Assembly (NCBI GenBank): GCA_036918135.1
Contig: JBALDB010000019.1
Span: 1 to 42,834 of the forward strand
DNA length: 42,834 nucleotides
DNA from: Nostoc sp.
Lineage (GTDB): Bacteria > Cyanobacteriota > Cyanobacteriia > Cyanobacteriales > Nostocaceae
Direction: 5' to 3'
Of the stretch, positions 10,387-20,723 are shown in pieces. Positions within the stretch are counted from its first letter, which is position 1. The number at the start of each line of letters is the position of its first letter. The notes beneath the pieces are model-generated. The model made no database searches and had not been told where the DNA came from. It saw only the letters and a list, made by a program, of their open reading frames with translations. Both the position numbers and the translations under genes were made by a program.

Positions 10387-11370
10387 ATGCGTAAAAAACT
10401 ACAACAAACCATCAAACCGCTGCTAAAAACCTTCTTAGCCCTCAGCTTGGTGTTAACATTGGCTCTGAGTCACGCCGATGGAGCATTAGCTGCTAGCGGA
10501 GGACGAATTGGCGGCGGCTCATTTAGAGTACCTTCTAGCCGCACCTACACACCGCGCACCTACGCACCAGGTGGAGGCGGATATTATCCTGGTGGTGGTG
10601 GATACTATCCTGGCGGTGGTTTTGGCTTTCCGTTTTTAATTCCCTTCTGGGGTATCGGAGGCGGATTTGGTGGTCTATTTACCATTTTAATTTTCTTGGC
10701 GATCGCTAACTTCTTAGTACAAAGTTTCCGCCGCGTTTCTGGCGGTCAAACAGAAGAAGCAGATTACAGCACCAACTCTCCAGTTTCCGTAACTCGTTTG
10801 CAAGTGGGTTTGTTAGCTCAAGCTCGTGACTTGCAAAATGAACTCAACCACATAGCTGAAACTGCTGATACCAATTCTTCAGAGGGGAGAGCAGAAGTTA
10901 TCCAAGAAGCTAGCCTAGCTTTACTCCGCCATCCTGAGTATTGGGTATATGGAGGTGGTGGTACGCAACAAGCGAGATTAAATTCAGCTGAAGCTCAGTT
11001 CAACCGTCTGTCATTAGCAGAACGCAGCAAATTTAGCGAAGAAACTCTGACTAATGTCAACAACCAACTCAAAGCAGCCCTTACCAAAGAAGCTTTACCC
11101 CCAAGTGGTGAACTCGATAATCCTACCCGTCTGATTACTGAAGGCCCTGGCGAATACATTATCGTTACGTTACTAGCAGCGACACTAGGCAAATTTGAAA
11201 TCCCTACAATAAATAGCGGTGATGATTTGCGTCAAGCTTTGCGACAAATTGGTAGTATCCCCAGCGATAAACTTTTAGCAATTGAAGTTCTTTGGACTCC
11301 CCAAGCTCAAGGCGACACTCTAACATCTGATGATGTATTGGCAAATTATTCTGATTTGAGATTGGTTTAA
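10387..11370 (+). CDS. DUF1517 domain membrane protein (FLAP1-like)
   Basis: Signal peptide, SGGRIGGGSF, Gly-rich GGGYYP repeats, a TM helix, LALLRHPEYW and EVLWTPQ. Confidence 0.88.
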   Translation: MRKKLQQTIKPLLKTFLALSLVLTLALSHADGALAASGGRIGGGSFRVPSSRTYTPRTYAPGGGGYYPGGGGYYPGGGFGFPFLIPFWGIGGGFGGLFTILIFLAIANFLVQSFRRVSGGQTEEADYSTNSPVSVTRLQVGLLAQARDLQNELNHIAETADTNSSEGRAEVIQEASLALLRHPEYWVYGGGGTQQARLNSAEAQFNRLSLAERSKFSEETLTNVNNQLKAALTKEALPPSGELDNPTRLITEGPGEYIIVTLLAATLGKFEIPTINSGDDLRQALRQIGSIPSDKLLAIEVLWTPQAQGDTLTSDDVLANYSDLRLV

Positions 11371-11399
11371 TTGGTTCCTAGACCAAACAATAATTCTTA

Positions 11400-11430
11400 A
11401 AAAGCGTTGTGCTGCTAACACAACGCTTTT
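11400..11430. terminator. Bidirectional intrinsic terminator
   Basis: AAAAGCGTTGTG-ctgctaa-CACAACGCTTTT between convergent genes. Confidence 0.75.
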
Positions 11431-11516
11431 TATTTAGTTCCATCTCAATTGCTTCTTGAGTATTTAGATGATAGATTTTCTCTAGAGGAGTTTTTGGACG
11501 ATAATTTTCCACCTGT

Positions 11517-12134
11517 TTATAATGTCGCCTGAAATACTTGTTGAACAGTCAGATTTAAGTCTAAGAATGTTGGTGATATGATCTGGTCGCTACCCATAAA
11601 CTGCTTAATCTGATATTCATCATCTATAAATTGACAAACCGAGATAGAAGGTTGTTTGGGATTACCAATGAATCTTTTTCCACCCAAAGCAGCATAGTCC
11701 ACAATCCAATATTCAAGGATGCCGATTTGTTCGTAGTCTGCAAATTTTACAAAATAATCGTCTCGCCAGTTGGTGCTAACAACTTCAATAACCAAAGGAA
11801 TGGATACTGCTTGAGTAACAGTAGAAAATTTAGGCCATAGGGGTTCATTTATTAAATTCGGTCGATTTAATATCAACACATCTGGAAAATAACCGGATTC
11901 TCTTTCTGGTACTTTAACTAGTGCTTGATTGGGAATAAAGTAAGGAAGATTCAGCCGCTCGAACTCCACAGTTAGTTTTCTGGATAAAAAACCTTTAACT
12001 TCTTCGTGTTCCCCTGTGGGTTGTGACATTTCGACAATTTCCCCATTGTGCAGTTCGTAGCGTACCCCCGTATTTTCTGGATACCAGGCGATAAATTCAT
12101 CAAAAGTTACTGGTTTGGGTAAGGCTTGGAACAT
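11517..12134 (-). CDS. Uma2 family endonuclease
   Basis: YELHNGEIVEM, GYFPDVLIL, LVIEVVSTNWRDDY, EYWIVD. Confidence 0.9.
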   Translation of the reverse strand: MFQALPKPVTFDEFIAWYPENTGVRYELHNGEIVEMSQPTGEHEEVKGFLSRKLTVEFERLNLPYFIPNQALVKVPERESGYFPDVLILNRPNLINEPLWPKFSTVTQAVSIPLVIEVVSTNWRDDYFVKFADYEQIGILEYWIVDYAALGGKRFIGNPKQPSISVCQFIDDEYQIKQFMGSDQIISPTFLDLNLTVQQVFQATL

Positions 12135-12311
12135 TGTTATACTGCCTTCTCAACTTTATAAAAGAACCAATTTAATTGAGTATATTGGTTAAGGAATAAC
12201 TTGATTTAATAAAGCTTATTTTTGGGAAAAATTTGGCTCGTGCTTTGTGCCAAAAGGGTAAAAATAAGAAGTATAAAGACGAAGGATGAGTTTTTCACAG
12301 CAGAAAATGTA

Positions 12312-12875
12312 CTATAGTTGCAACTCAAATCCAGGTAAGATATCTTCTCCAGAAAGAATTGCTGGTATTTGTATAATTTCTACAGCTTTTCCTATTCGGT
12401 AAATTTCCACACTTGCATCTTGAGGATTAATCAGCCATCCCAAAAGCAAACCATTTTCGATGTATTCCTGCATTTTCTCTTGGATATGTTTGAGCCTATC
12501 TGTTTCAGAACGCAGTTCAATAGCAAAATCGGGTACAAGTGGCGGAAATTTTTTTCGCTGTTCTTGTGTTAATGCTTCCCATCTTTCCAACTTAACCCAA
12601 GCCGCATCAGGGGAACGTTTCGCACCATTTGGCAGGATAAAAATTGTTGAAGAACTAAAGACTTTGCCTAATTTAGCTTGACGATTCCAATTATTCAAGT
12701 CTGTAATTAGGTCTGCTTCTTGATTGCCGCTTTCTCCTCCTACTGGTGGCACAATAATTAATTCCCCTGCTGCATTCATTTCCAGGCTTAAATCACGATT
12801 GGCAAGACACAATTGATAAAATTGCTCATCGCTTAAATTAGCGATCGCTTTGAGATTGAGAACAACAGTATTCAT
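12312..12875 (-). CDS. Uma2 family endonuclease
   Basis: RSPDAAWV, PDFAIELRS, LGWLINP. Confidence 0.9.
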   Translation of the reverse strand: MNTVVLNLKAIANLSDEQFYQLCLANRDLSLEMNAAGELIIVPPVGGESGNQEADLITDLNNWNRQAKLGKVFSSSTIFILPNGAKRSPDAAWVKLERWEALTQEQRKKFPPLVPDFAIELRSETDRLKHIQEKMQEYIENGLLLGWLINPQDASVEIYRIGKAVEIIQIPAILSGEDILPGFELQL

Positions 12876-13083
12876 TAAACTTTTCCTCGTGCCTTTTTTG
12901 CTAATATCAGCTACCTTGAGTTAAAAGTTTAGCAGTAGAAAATTAAGCTCAACGATAGAACTACAAGCAGTTTGCTCTATATATTACTCTAACTTCGTCC
13001 CCAACTTTGGGAATAAAAAAACGCGATCGCCAAATACCTAATCAACAGATCCGCCCTACTTTTCTAAAGTGAAGGCATTTTTG

Positions 13084-13869
13084 CTAACCCAGCGCATCAG
13101 GATCGATACCCAACGCACGTAACCGTTCCCGCAACCGCTGATTTTCCTGTTCTAATGTTTCCAAACGTTGGCGTTCGGTTTCTGCACGTTGGCGTTCGGC
13201 TTCTGCGCGTTGGCGTTCGGCTTCTGCACGCCGACGTTCAACTTCCCCACGCTCATCTCCTGTTAAGAGTAAATTACCTTGTTCATCCCACCACCGCAAC
13301 CAAGGTAATTCTCTGTCTAATACAAAATTACCTTGCCAAATACCTAATTCCACACCCATAGGTACAATTGGATAATGCCCCCTAGTATTAGGAAGCATTT
13401 TTTCGTAATGATTAGCAACTAATTGATATACTTCCACCGATGCTTTATTCACTTCATAAATGCCGTAGTAAGGAGGACGGATGATATTTTCGTAAATCCA
13501 AAATTTTCCTTCGTAGGGAGTTTTATCCCGTTCTTCTTCTCCATCTCCAGACACAAATTCTAAAACAATCATCGGTGCAATCAATTCTTGCCAAAAAACA
13601 TAAGAACGTCGGATCTCATTATTGAGAGTTGGTGGAACATTAGGTACATAAAACCAATCTGGCGCTTGGGCACCGCGTTCTGGTGGTTCCGTCAACCGCC
13701 AGTAAATACCGGAGTCTTGACCGATACAATAATAACCATCAGGATGAATTTCTTGTAATCGTGGCAGGATAGAGTCAGTCAACAGAATACTTTGAGGATG
13801 TTCTTGGAAATTTTTTACAAAGATTCCATCGGACTCTGGTAGAGCAGGATTTTGAGCTTCGATGACCAT
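13084..13869 (-). CDS. Uma2 family endonuclease with ERQRAEA heptad tail
   Basis: NFQEHPQS, APDWFYVP, LEFVSGDG, WLRWWD; 21-bp coding repeats near 13165-13240; ends LGIDPD. Confidence 0.9.
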   Translation of the reverse strand: MVIEAQNPALPESDGIFVKNFQEHPQSILLTDSILPRLQEIHPDGYYCIGQDSGIYWRLTEPPERGAQAPDWFYVPNVPPTLNNEIRRSYVFWQELIAPMIVLEFVSGDGEEERDKTPYEGKFWIYENIIRPPYYGIYEVNKASVEVYQLVANHYEKMLPNTRGHYPIVPMGVELGIWQGNFVLDRELPWLRWWDEQGNLLLTGDERGEVERRRAEAERQRAEAERQRAETERQRLETLEQENQRLRERLRALGIDPDALG

Positions 13870-13990
13870 TATATTAGTTCAGCGAAATCATAAAGACAAA
13901 TAATCAATCTAGTTTAGCTCACCATTTTTGATTTTCAGTGCGTTATGGACGTTAGGACTAACGCACCCGACAAAACTACAAAACTTGATT

Positions 13991-14119
13991 TATAGCAGGA
14001 GGCAGTTCGCGTAGCGTGTCGAAGACAAGGCACCTATGCTGTTCTTGCTGGAGGTAAAACATTACTATTCCTAGCATCCAGGCTTTCAAGATGTCCTAAC
14101 CTTTAATTCACTTGCTATA
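13991..14119 (+). repeat. About 130-bp dispersed repeat (TATAGC...GCTATA ends), copy 1
   Basis: First 42 nt are the exact reverse complement of 14584-14625; the remainder aligns loosely. Confidence 0.8.
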
Positions 14120-14124
14120 CAAGC

Positions 14125-14305
14125 AAGACTTACGCAAAGTAACGTATTTTCGTTATTACGAGCGTTTGCATAGCATTTTTGTCAGTAGAAGCGTCTCGTT
14201 CGCCCTTGGTGTGTTGTAGAGAAGCGAAGCAATCTCGTTAAGACCGGGATTGCTTTGCTATACTGCGTTATACTCGCAACAATCAATCATTGCTGTGTAA
14301 GTCCT
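14125..14305. mobile_element. MITE of the AGGACTTACGCA-TIR family with REP-like interior
   Basis: AAGACTTACGCA ... TGTGTAAGTCCT ends; interior GAAGCAATCTC...GGGATTGCTTT hairpin. Confidence 0.6.
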
Positions 14306-14310
14306 TACGA

Positions 14311-14493
14311 GTTCAAAACTCGATTTTCAAGTTCAAAACTCGATTTAGAAATTCAAAACTCGATTTTTAAGTTCAAAACTTGATTTTCAAGTTCAAAACT
14401 CGATTTAGAAATTCAAAACTTGATTTTCAAGTTCAAAACTTGATTTTCAAGTTCAAAACTCGATTTAGAAATTCAAAACTTGATTTTCAAGTT
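14311..14493. repeat. Tandem repeat, 9 copies of a 20-bp unit (GTTCAAAACTYGATTTTCAA)
   Basis: Directly visible. Copies 2, 5 and 8 end TTTAGAA, giving a 60-bp higher-order period. Confidence 0.95.
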
Positions 14494-14495
14494 TA

Positions 14496-14625
14496 TATAG
14501 CCGTAGTCATATAGCTTAGGACATAATAACAAGCGTGAATTGTCAGGAAGAGTAATAGTTTTACCCCCTGCCTCCAGCATAGCTGCCTTGTCTTCGACAC
14601 GCTACGCGAACTGCCTCCTGCTATA
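14496..14625 (-). repeat. About 130-bp dispersed repeat, copy 2 (inverted relative to copy 1)
   Basis: Reverse complement begins TATAGCAGGAGGCAGTTCGCGTAGCGTGTCGAAGACAAGGCA and ends TACGGCTATA. Confidence 0.8.
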
Positions 14626-14627
14626 AC

Positions 14628-16472
14628 TTAATATTCAGGTGTTCCTTCCCCAGAAAATACTACCCGAAAGCCACAAATCCTCAACCCTCCATCTGACTCA
14701 TTCCAGCTACGACTGGCGCTGCGACAAAGTTCTGCACTGAAACTCCAAGAACCACCGCGTAGCACCCGACGATGTATATCACCGCTAACTTCCCAAACTG
14801 TTGCATCGGAAGGTGCATCATTATAATTGTTATGCCACGGATCGGCGCACCATTCCCAAACTAACCCATGCATATCATACAATCCAAAGGCGTTGGCTAC
14901 TTCAAAACTGCCTACATTTGTTGTTTCTTTACGGAATTTGCTTTTTGGTTCGTCAGCACAGCAAACTAAATCAGTGGTAATTGCTTCGCCAAAGTGAAAA
15001 GATGTTGTAGTTCTAGCACGACAAGCATATTCCCATTCAGCTTCACTCGGTAAACGATAGTCGCGTCCAGTTTTTTGTGATAGCCTCAGACAAAATTCTA
15101 CAGCTTCATGCCAAGATACATTTTCTACTGGTCTATCTACACCTTTAAATTTTGATGGATTGGGATTTAAGGCTCGGTTGACTTTCGGTAAAGCTGCTAC
15201 TACTCTCCACTGTGCTTGAGTTACAGCAAATTTTCCCATAAAAAATGGTTCTACAGTGACTTTGTGTCGAGGACGTTCGTCAGCATCTCCTTCAAACTCT
15301 GGTGAACCCATCATATACGTACCACCAGGAATTGATACCATTTCTATGGTGACAGATTTACCTAATTCTTCAGCAAAGAAGTTTGCATTGCGACTGACGC
15401 GGCTAACTTCTCTACCTGCTGTGTCTACTGTCACTACATCAAATTCAAAAGTTGTTAAAGGAGGTAATGGAACTATTATTTCTTGTGGTAGCGGCGGTAA
15501 TATGGATTGAGGAATAGAAACAATTTTTAAGGCAACAGGTTCAATGTTCAATGGTGGAAATTCCAAATCTTTGATAACTTCTGCTGCTGTTTGATACCTT
15601 TGGCTCGGTAAATGTTTGAGTAATTTATCTAAAATTTTTCCTAAGTCGTCGCTAATATTAATACCATTTTTTTGTAATCGTTCGCGCCACAACCATTTAG
15701 CATTCATGGCATCATAAATAGGATCTTTAATCTGTCCGGAAACATCCTGTAAAGGCAAACATTGAGTTAAAAGACGCACACAAGTTACACCTAAAGCATA
15801 TAAATCACTGGCGTGACAAGCAAATCCAGCCATTTGTTCGGTTGGCGCATAACCAAGTGTATAAATTACTGTGGCTTGTCTTCCTAAACTGGTTTGTGTT
15901 ACCTGTTTAGCACCACCAAAGTCAATTAATACTGGTTTTCCATCGCTTGCACGGCGGATAATATTTTCTGGTTTAATATCCCGATGAATAATGTTACTGG
16001 TATGAATAAATTGTAAAACTGGTAACAAATCAGCTAAAAGTTGCCAAATTTGTTCTTCACAATAGGTTTTTTCCTGAACTTCTTGTAAAAGAGTTTTTCC
16101 TTGAATAAATTCTTGCACGAGGTACAAACTAGTACCTTGTTCAAAATAAGCAAGTAATCTAGGAATTTGGGTATGATTTTCTCCCAATTCATACAACCGA
16201 AAAGCCTCTTCTTTGAAAAATTGGGCTGCTTTGGTGCGTTGTCCAGTTCCTTGAAATTGGGGAAAAAATTGCTTGATGACGCAAGGGGCATTTAGTCTAT
16301 CTGCATCTTCTGTAGCGTAAGTTCTGCTAAATCCACCTTCACCTAAGAGTCTTAATACACGGTAACGGTTCCTGAGAAGTTTGCCAAAGTTGCTTTGTCC
16401 GCAACTGACACAAAATCTATTGCTATCAGAGTTGAATGGATTTGAGCAATTGGGATTTTGGCAGATTTGCAT
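14628..16472 (-). CDS. Ser/Thr protein kinase with N-terminal 4-Cys motif and C-terminal FGE-sulfatase (SUMF1) domain
   Basis: CQNPNC...CVSCG; LGEGGFS, HRDIKPEN, LIDFG; RLPSEAEWEYACRA, NAFGLYDMHG, RGGSW. Confidence 0.93.
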   Translation of the reverse strand: MQICQNPNCSNPFNSDSNRFCVSCGQSNFGKLLRNRYRVLRLLGEGGFSRTYATEDADRLNAPCVIKQFFPQFQGTGQRTKAAQFFKEEAFRLYELGENHTQIPRLLAYFEQGTSLYLVQEFIQGKTLLQEVQEKTYCEEQIWQLLADLLPVLQFIHTSNIIHRDIKPENIIRRASDGKPVLIDFGGAKQVTQTSLGRQATVIYTLGYAPTEQMAGFACHASDLYALGVTCVRLLTQCLPLQDVSGQIKDPIYDAMNAKWLWRERLQKNGINISDDLGKILDKLLKHLPSQRYQTAAEVIKDLEFPPLNIEPVALKIVSIPQSILPPLPQEIIVPLPPLTTFEFDVVTVDTAGREVSRVSRNANFFAEELGKSVTIEMVSIPGGTYMMGSPEFEGDADERPRHKVTVEPFFMGKFAVTQAQWRVVAALPKVNRALNPNPSKFKGVDRPVENVSWHEAVEFCLRLSQKTGRDYRLPSEAEWEYACRARTTTSFHFGEAITTDLVCCADEPKSKFRKETTNVGSFEVANAFGLYDMHGLVWEWCADPWHNNYNDAPSDATVWEVSGDIHRRVLRGGSWSFSAELCRSASRSWNESDGGLRICGFRVVFSGEGTPEY

Positions 16473-16781
16473 AATGAAGTGAAAATAGCATCTTCTCCAA
16501 AGTTAGCCCCAATATTATCTTATTGAAAACACTGATGTAGAGAAGCGAACACGGAATTTTTTGTATGTATTTAAATATGTCAGAATTGGTGAATTCTAAA
16601 TTCTAAATTCATGAGTCAGTACTGTTCGGTAATCTGGTGTGTTAGGCTAACACCGTAACGCACCCTACTTCTGAATCTGAATTCTGAATTATTCTTTAAA
16701 ATAGCCGTTTTTACCAGCTAAAAAAGTTCACTAATAACTAAATAATAAATAAATTTTATTGCTAATTCTCAGTATTTATTT

Positions 16782-17585
16782 TCAGCTTTTACTTTCTCCA
16801 GAAAGGCGAAGTAATTCTGCTGCAAAAGCGACGATCGCTGATACGGAAATCAACATTACACTGAGTGCGTTAATATCAGGCTTGACTCCTGTTCTAATGC
16901 GGCTAAAAATTTCCATTGGTAGAGTGTTAGAACCGCTACCAGCTGTAAAACTAGCAATTAAAAAATCATCTAAACTAAGCACAAAAGCTAATAGACAACC
17001 AGCAACAATACCAGGCATTAATTGAGGTAATAATACTTTGATAAATGCTTGGGTTGGTGTCGCGCCTAAATCTAATGCTGCTTCTTCTAAGTGGGGATCT
17101 AAATTTGTAAGTCTAGAAGAAACCACAAGTCCCACATAAGCCAGACAAAATACCACGTGTGCTGCAACTATCGTCCACAAACTCAAAGGTATGGCAAACG
17201 CTGCTAGACATACTAAAGTCGCCACTGCGATCGCAATATCCGGAATAATTAATGGTAAATAAGCAACACCGCGATATAAATTCTTCAGCGGAAATTGGTA
17301 ACGCGCCAAACCTACCGCCATCAAGGTTCCCAGCACTGCTGAAATCGCCACCGCACAACCAGCAACTATTAAACTATTTTGCAAAGCCGATAAAATGCGA
17401 TCGTCGCTAAACAACTTTCCATACCAATCCAAGGTAAATCCTTGCCAAGTTGCACTATAAGGTGACTGATTAAAGCTATAAAAGCCAAGTACCAGTATAG
17501 GCAGGTACATAAACACAAATATCAGCAGTGAGAAAACCGCCTGCCATGTGACACGCGGTTTTTTGAGATGTGGAGAGATATTCAC
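16782..17585 (-). CDS. potC: Polyamine-type ABC transporter permease (PotC-like)
   Basis: FMYLPIL..YSFN, GFTLDWY, EAA loop LEEAALDLGA, LSLDDF, TLPMEIFS. Confidence 0.8.
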   Translation of the reverse strand: MNISPHLKKPRVTWQAVFSLLIFVFMYLPILVLGFYSFNQSPYSATWQGFTLDWYGKLFSDDRILSALQNSLIVAGCAVAISAVLGTLMAVGLARYQFPLKNLYRGVAYLPLIIPDIAIAVATLVCLAAFAIPLSLWTIVAAHVVFCLAYVGLVVSSRLTNLDPHLEEAALDLGATPTQAFIKVLLPQLMPGIVAGCLLAFVLSLDDFLIASFTAGSGSNTLPMEIFSRIRTGVKPDINALSVMLISVSAIVAFAAELLRLSGESKS

Positions 17586-17654
17586 GTTAATATTTAATTT
17601 TTCTTGGTGAAAATCTAAAATATCATATTTAATCTAAAAAGTCAATGTGATAAA

Positions 17655-17740
17655 TATAGCAGGAGGCAGGGGGCAAAATTATTACTGTTGCTAGCATTCA
17701 CGCTTGTCATTATGTCCTAAAGGGTGTAAATACGGCTATA
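17655..17740 (+). repeat. Short third copy of the TATAGCAGGAGGCAG...GGCTATA repeat
   Basis: Shares TATAGCAGGAGGCAG, ATTCACGCTTGT, ATTATGTCCTAA and TACGGCTATA with copy 2 but lacks an internal block of about 40 bp. Confidence 0.75.
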
Positions 17741-17899
17741 AACTACAAATTAGATGATGTCCGCTTAAATAATCGTCATTGCGACCGTAGGAAAGCAATC
17801 TTAAAAAAGTTAGTTGTGATTGCGTCGTTTTACTCGCAATCACATATTAAAGGCAATACGCTTAGTGTAGATTTCAGTCCCCAATCCCTTGTCTCTATT

Positions 17900-18176
17900 T
17901 TAGTGACGAGTGTAGGAACGCTCAAAATGAGTTTTGAGTATATGAGCCATAGCGGACATTACAACTGCTGCTATAGAAACCGATATTGCTGCTATTTTGA
18001 TTTTAGAATCATCTGCAAGTATTGCTACAGCAGCTAGAGCGATCGCAACTCCTAGATAACTTTGTTTAACCCTATTTGTCGCTTGATAAGCTCGATTACA
18101 GGAACTACAAATAAGTGTGTGTCTCAAAAGTAGAAGTTGGTGGTGTAGCCTGTAGTGTCTCTATTTCTAATGACAT
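17900..18176 (-). pseudogene. Remnant of a Rieske/pheophorbide a oxygenase-like gene (C-terminal CxxC and TM tail only)
   Basis: RHTLICSSCNRAYQ followed by two hydrophobic helices matches the HxxxCxxC C-terminus of PaO-family proteins. An out-of-frame ATG (MSLEIETLQAT) lies at 18176. Confidence 0.55.
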
Positions 18177-18831
18177 AGCTTTCTCTAGGTTTATATAATT
18201 TTAAACTTTTGTATTAGCAAATGCTTAATCCCAGAGATAGAAGATTTCTAGTTGATTAACTAAAATTTTTACCCAATTGGAAAAGCTACTCTCATGTCTA
18301 ACTTTTAATTTACTGGTAATCTCATTGATGGAGTGAGGATAAACCTAATATCGCTTAACTTAAATTGCTGCTGAATTAAAACTACTTACTTGATAAAATC
18401 TATCCTTCGGCACAACTGATTATCTTTAAAGTTAGGAAACACGCTGTTTAAGTGTCTACAACCTTGATTCTTTAATTAATATTTTAAACCTGTATAATTA
18501 ATATAGCTTATCTGACATCTTTAGCCTGATATCAGATACTCTGTTATTCTTTAATAACTTTACAAAAATTTATTTACTAAATAAAAATTATCTGAATCCA
18601 AATATTATCCAAATTTCATTAACTTAGAATGTATTTACCTCTTAAGGAAAGAGTAATTTATCTACTAAGGTAGACAAAAAATCTGAAAGTAAGAGCATAA
18701 GATTTTGATGCAATTGTTAATAATTTTAGTACCTGAAGCTACTTGTTAGTGCAGATGAAGTCAAGTATAAGCACTACGCAAACGAAAAGAAAATACTTGT
18801 TATTCAAGTCTTATTTTTTAGGAGGTTTGTA

Positions 18832-19917
18832 ATGCGAATTGCTCAAGTAGCCCCATTATTGGAGAGAGTACCACCTCCAGCTTATGGTGGTATAGAGTTA
18901 GTAGTGGGATTGCTCACCGATGAACTAGTGCGACGCGGACATGAAGTAACTTTGTTCGCATCGGGAGATTCTATTAGTTTGGCAAAACTAGTGTCAGTTC
19001 ATCCCCATGCTCTGAGACTCGATCGCAGCATCAAAGATTACAGCATATACGATATGCTACAACTGGCTTCGGTGTATCAACGCGCTGAAGAGTTTGATAT
19101 TATTCATTCTCACATAGGGTGTGGGGCACTACCCTACACCAATCTAGTCAAAACCCCTACGATTAATACGTTGCACGGTATTTTTACCCCTGATAACGAA
19201 AAGATATTTAGTTTTGCTAAAAAACAGCCTTACGTCAGCATTTCCGAGTCTCAACGAGAACCAAGATTAGGGCTTAATTATGTAGCAACAGTCTACAACG
19301 GAATTAATATTAACAATTATCAGTTTCACGCCCAACCAGAAGATCCGCCATACTTAGCGTTTTTAGGTCGAATATCGCCAGAAAAGGGAACGCACTTAGC
19401 CATAGAAATTGCCAAACAAACAGGTTGGGATTTAAAAATAGCAGGTAAAATAGATGCGGTTGATGTGGAATATTTTGACACACAAATCAAACCGTACATT
19501 GATGGCAAACAAATTGAGTATTTGGGTGAAGCGAACCATGCTCAAAAAAATGCCTTGATGGGAGGTGCAGTAGCAACCCTGTTCCCCATTACTTGGCGGG
19601 AACCGTTTGGATTAGTGATGGTTGAGTCAATGGCTTCGGGTACACCTGTGATTGCGATGAAGTTGGGATCTACCCAAGAAGTAATTTCTCACGCTAAAAC
19701 GGGTTTCCTTTGCAATAACATTCAAGAGTGCATCAGTGCTATTGACAGAGTAACAGAGCTAGACCGCTATGCTTGTCGTAAAGAAGTGGAAAACAATTTC
19801 AGCGTTCAACAAATGGTTGATGGGTATGAAGCAGTTTATCAACAGATTTTAGAAGAAAAATTTTCTCAAAATGGGCGTTCCCGAAGTTTGCTTAGTTTAG
19901 CTAGCGAATCGGCTTAA
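18832..19917 (+). CDS. Glycosyltransferase family 4
   Basis: MRIAQVAP..VPPPAYGGIE, FLGRISPEKG, EPFGLVMVE; AGGAGG RBS. Confidence 0.92.
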   Translation: MRIAQVAPLLERVPPPAYGGIELVVGLLTDELVRRGHEVTLFASGDSISLAKLVSVHPHALRLDRSIKDYSIYDMLQLASVYQRAEEFDIIHSHIGCGALPYTNLVKTPTINTLHGIFTPDNEKIFSFAKKQPYVSISESQREPRLGLNYVATVYNGININNYQFHAQPEDPPYLAFLGRISPEKGTHLAIEIAKQTGWDLKIAGKIDAVDVEYFDTQIKPYIDGKQIEYLGEANHAQKNALMGGAVATLFPITWREPFGLVMVESMASGTPVIAMKLGSTQEVISHAKTGFLCNNIQECISAIDRVTELDRYACRKEVENNFSVQQMVDGYEAVYQQILEEKFSQNGRSRSLLSLASESA

Positions 19918-19999
19918 ATAAGCTAAAACACATCTAATTTTCATAACTAAGTTCGCTCAAATTCTTCTGTTGGTTAAGTGAAGTAGAATTTTGACCTCT

Positions 20000-20044
20000 T
20001 TCAAAACCTCTATTCTAAAAGGAGAGAGGTTTTGAATTTTTTTA
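20000..20044 (+). terminator. Hairpin with T-tract between convergent genes
   Basis: TTCAAAACCTCT ... AGAGGTTTTGAA then TTTTTTT. Confidence 0.55.
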
Positions 20045-20105
20045 CTCTTGGTGGCGTGGAAAGGGGGTTAAGTCTGTCTTGTACTCAATTGAAAATTGCT
20101 ATATC

Positions 20106-20723
20106 TCAGGCATACTTTCTCTTCTTAGTTGCAGACTGAGTTTTTCTTGACTCGATAGTAAACTGAGGAATTTCTTGGAGTTCAGCTTCACTTAAACTAT
20201 ACTGTTCGCAAACCAAACTCAGACGATCGCCAGGGGTTTTGACTGCATTAATAGAATGGGTTAAATCACCCTGAAAGTAAACTAAAGTATTAATTTGCGG
20301 CTTAATCTGTCCAAGTTGACGTTTTGGCGATCGCAATACCAATTCTCCCCCTTCCATATTGGCAGGTACTCGCACGTAAAGCACGCTTACAACTACAGGT
20401 GGTTCAATGGTTTTGAAGTAAGAACGTAAAGAGCGATCGATATGCGGATCGACACGAGAGCCTTCTTTTAACTGTAAAGGATTGAGATAAAAAGCATTAC
20501 AATTTGGTTGCAAAGCCAAATCCAAATAAGGCTTGAAGTAGGGAAACTGTTGTTCTACCATTGCTAATCCAGAACGTTGAAATACTACCGAAAATCCTTT
20601 AGTAGCAATAAAATCGCGGTTGAGGTTATTGATGGCAAAGTAAGGACAAGCTTGGATTTCTCCCCACAAATTATTTAGATAATCAATAGGAAATGCGTTA
20701 GGTTGTTGTTGATAGTATTTCAT
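20106..20723 (-). CDS. 2OG-Fe(II) oxygenase family protein
   Basis: HID (HxD), VSVLY, GGEL, distal H (LTHS) and RLS motif. Confidence 0.85.
   Translation of the reverse strand: MKYYQQQPNAFPIDYLNNLWGEIQACPYFAINNLNRDFIATKGFSVVFQRSGLAMVEQQFPYFKPYLDLALQPNCNAFYLNPLQLKEGSRVDPHIDRSLRSYFKTIEPPVVVSVLYVRVPANMEGGELVLRSPKRQLGQIKPQINTLVYFQGDLTHSINAVKTPGDRLSLVCEQYSLSEAELQEIPQFTIESRKTQSATKKRKYA

Noticed and set aside
14311..14493. Possible CRISPR array
   Set aside because: Units are contiguous with no unique spacers, and there are no cas genes in the window.
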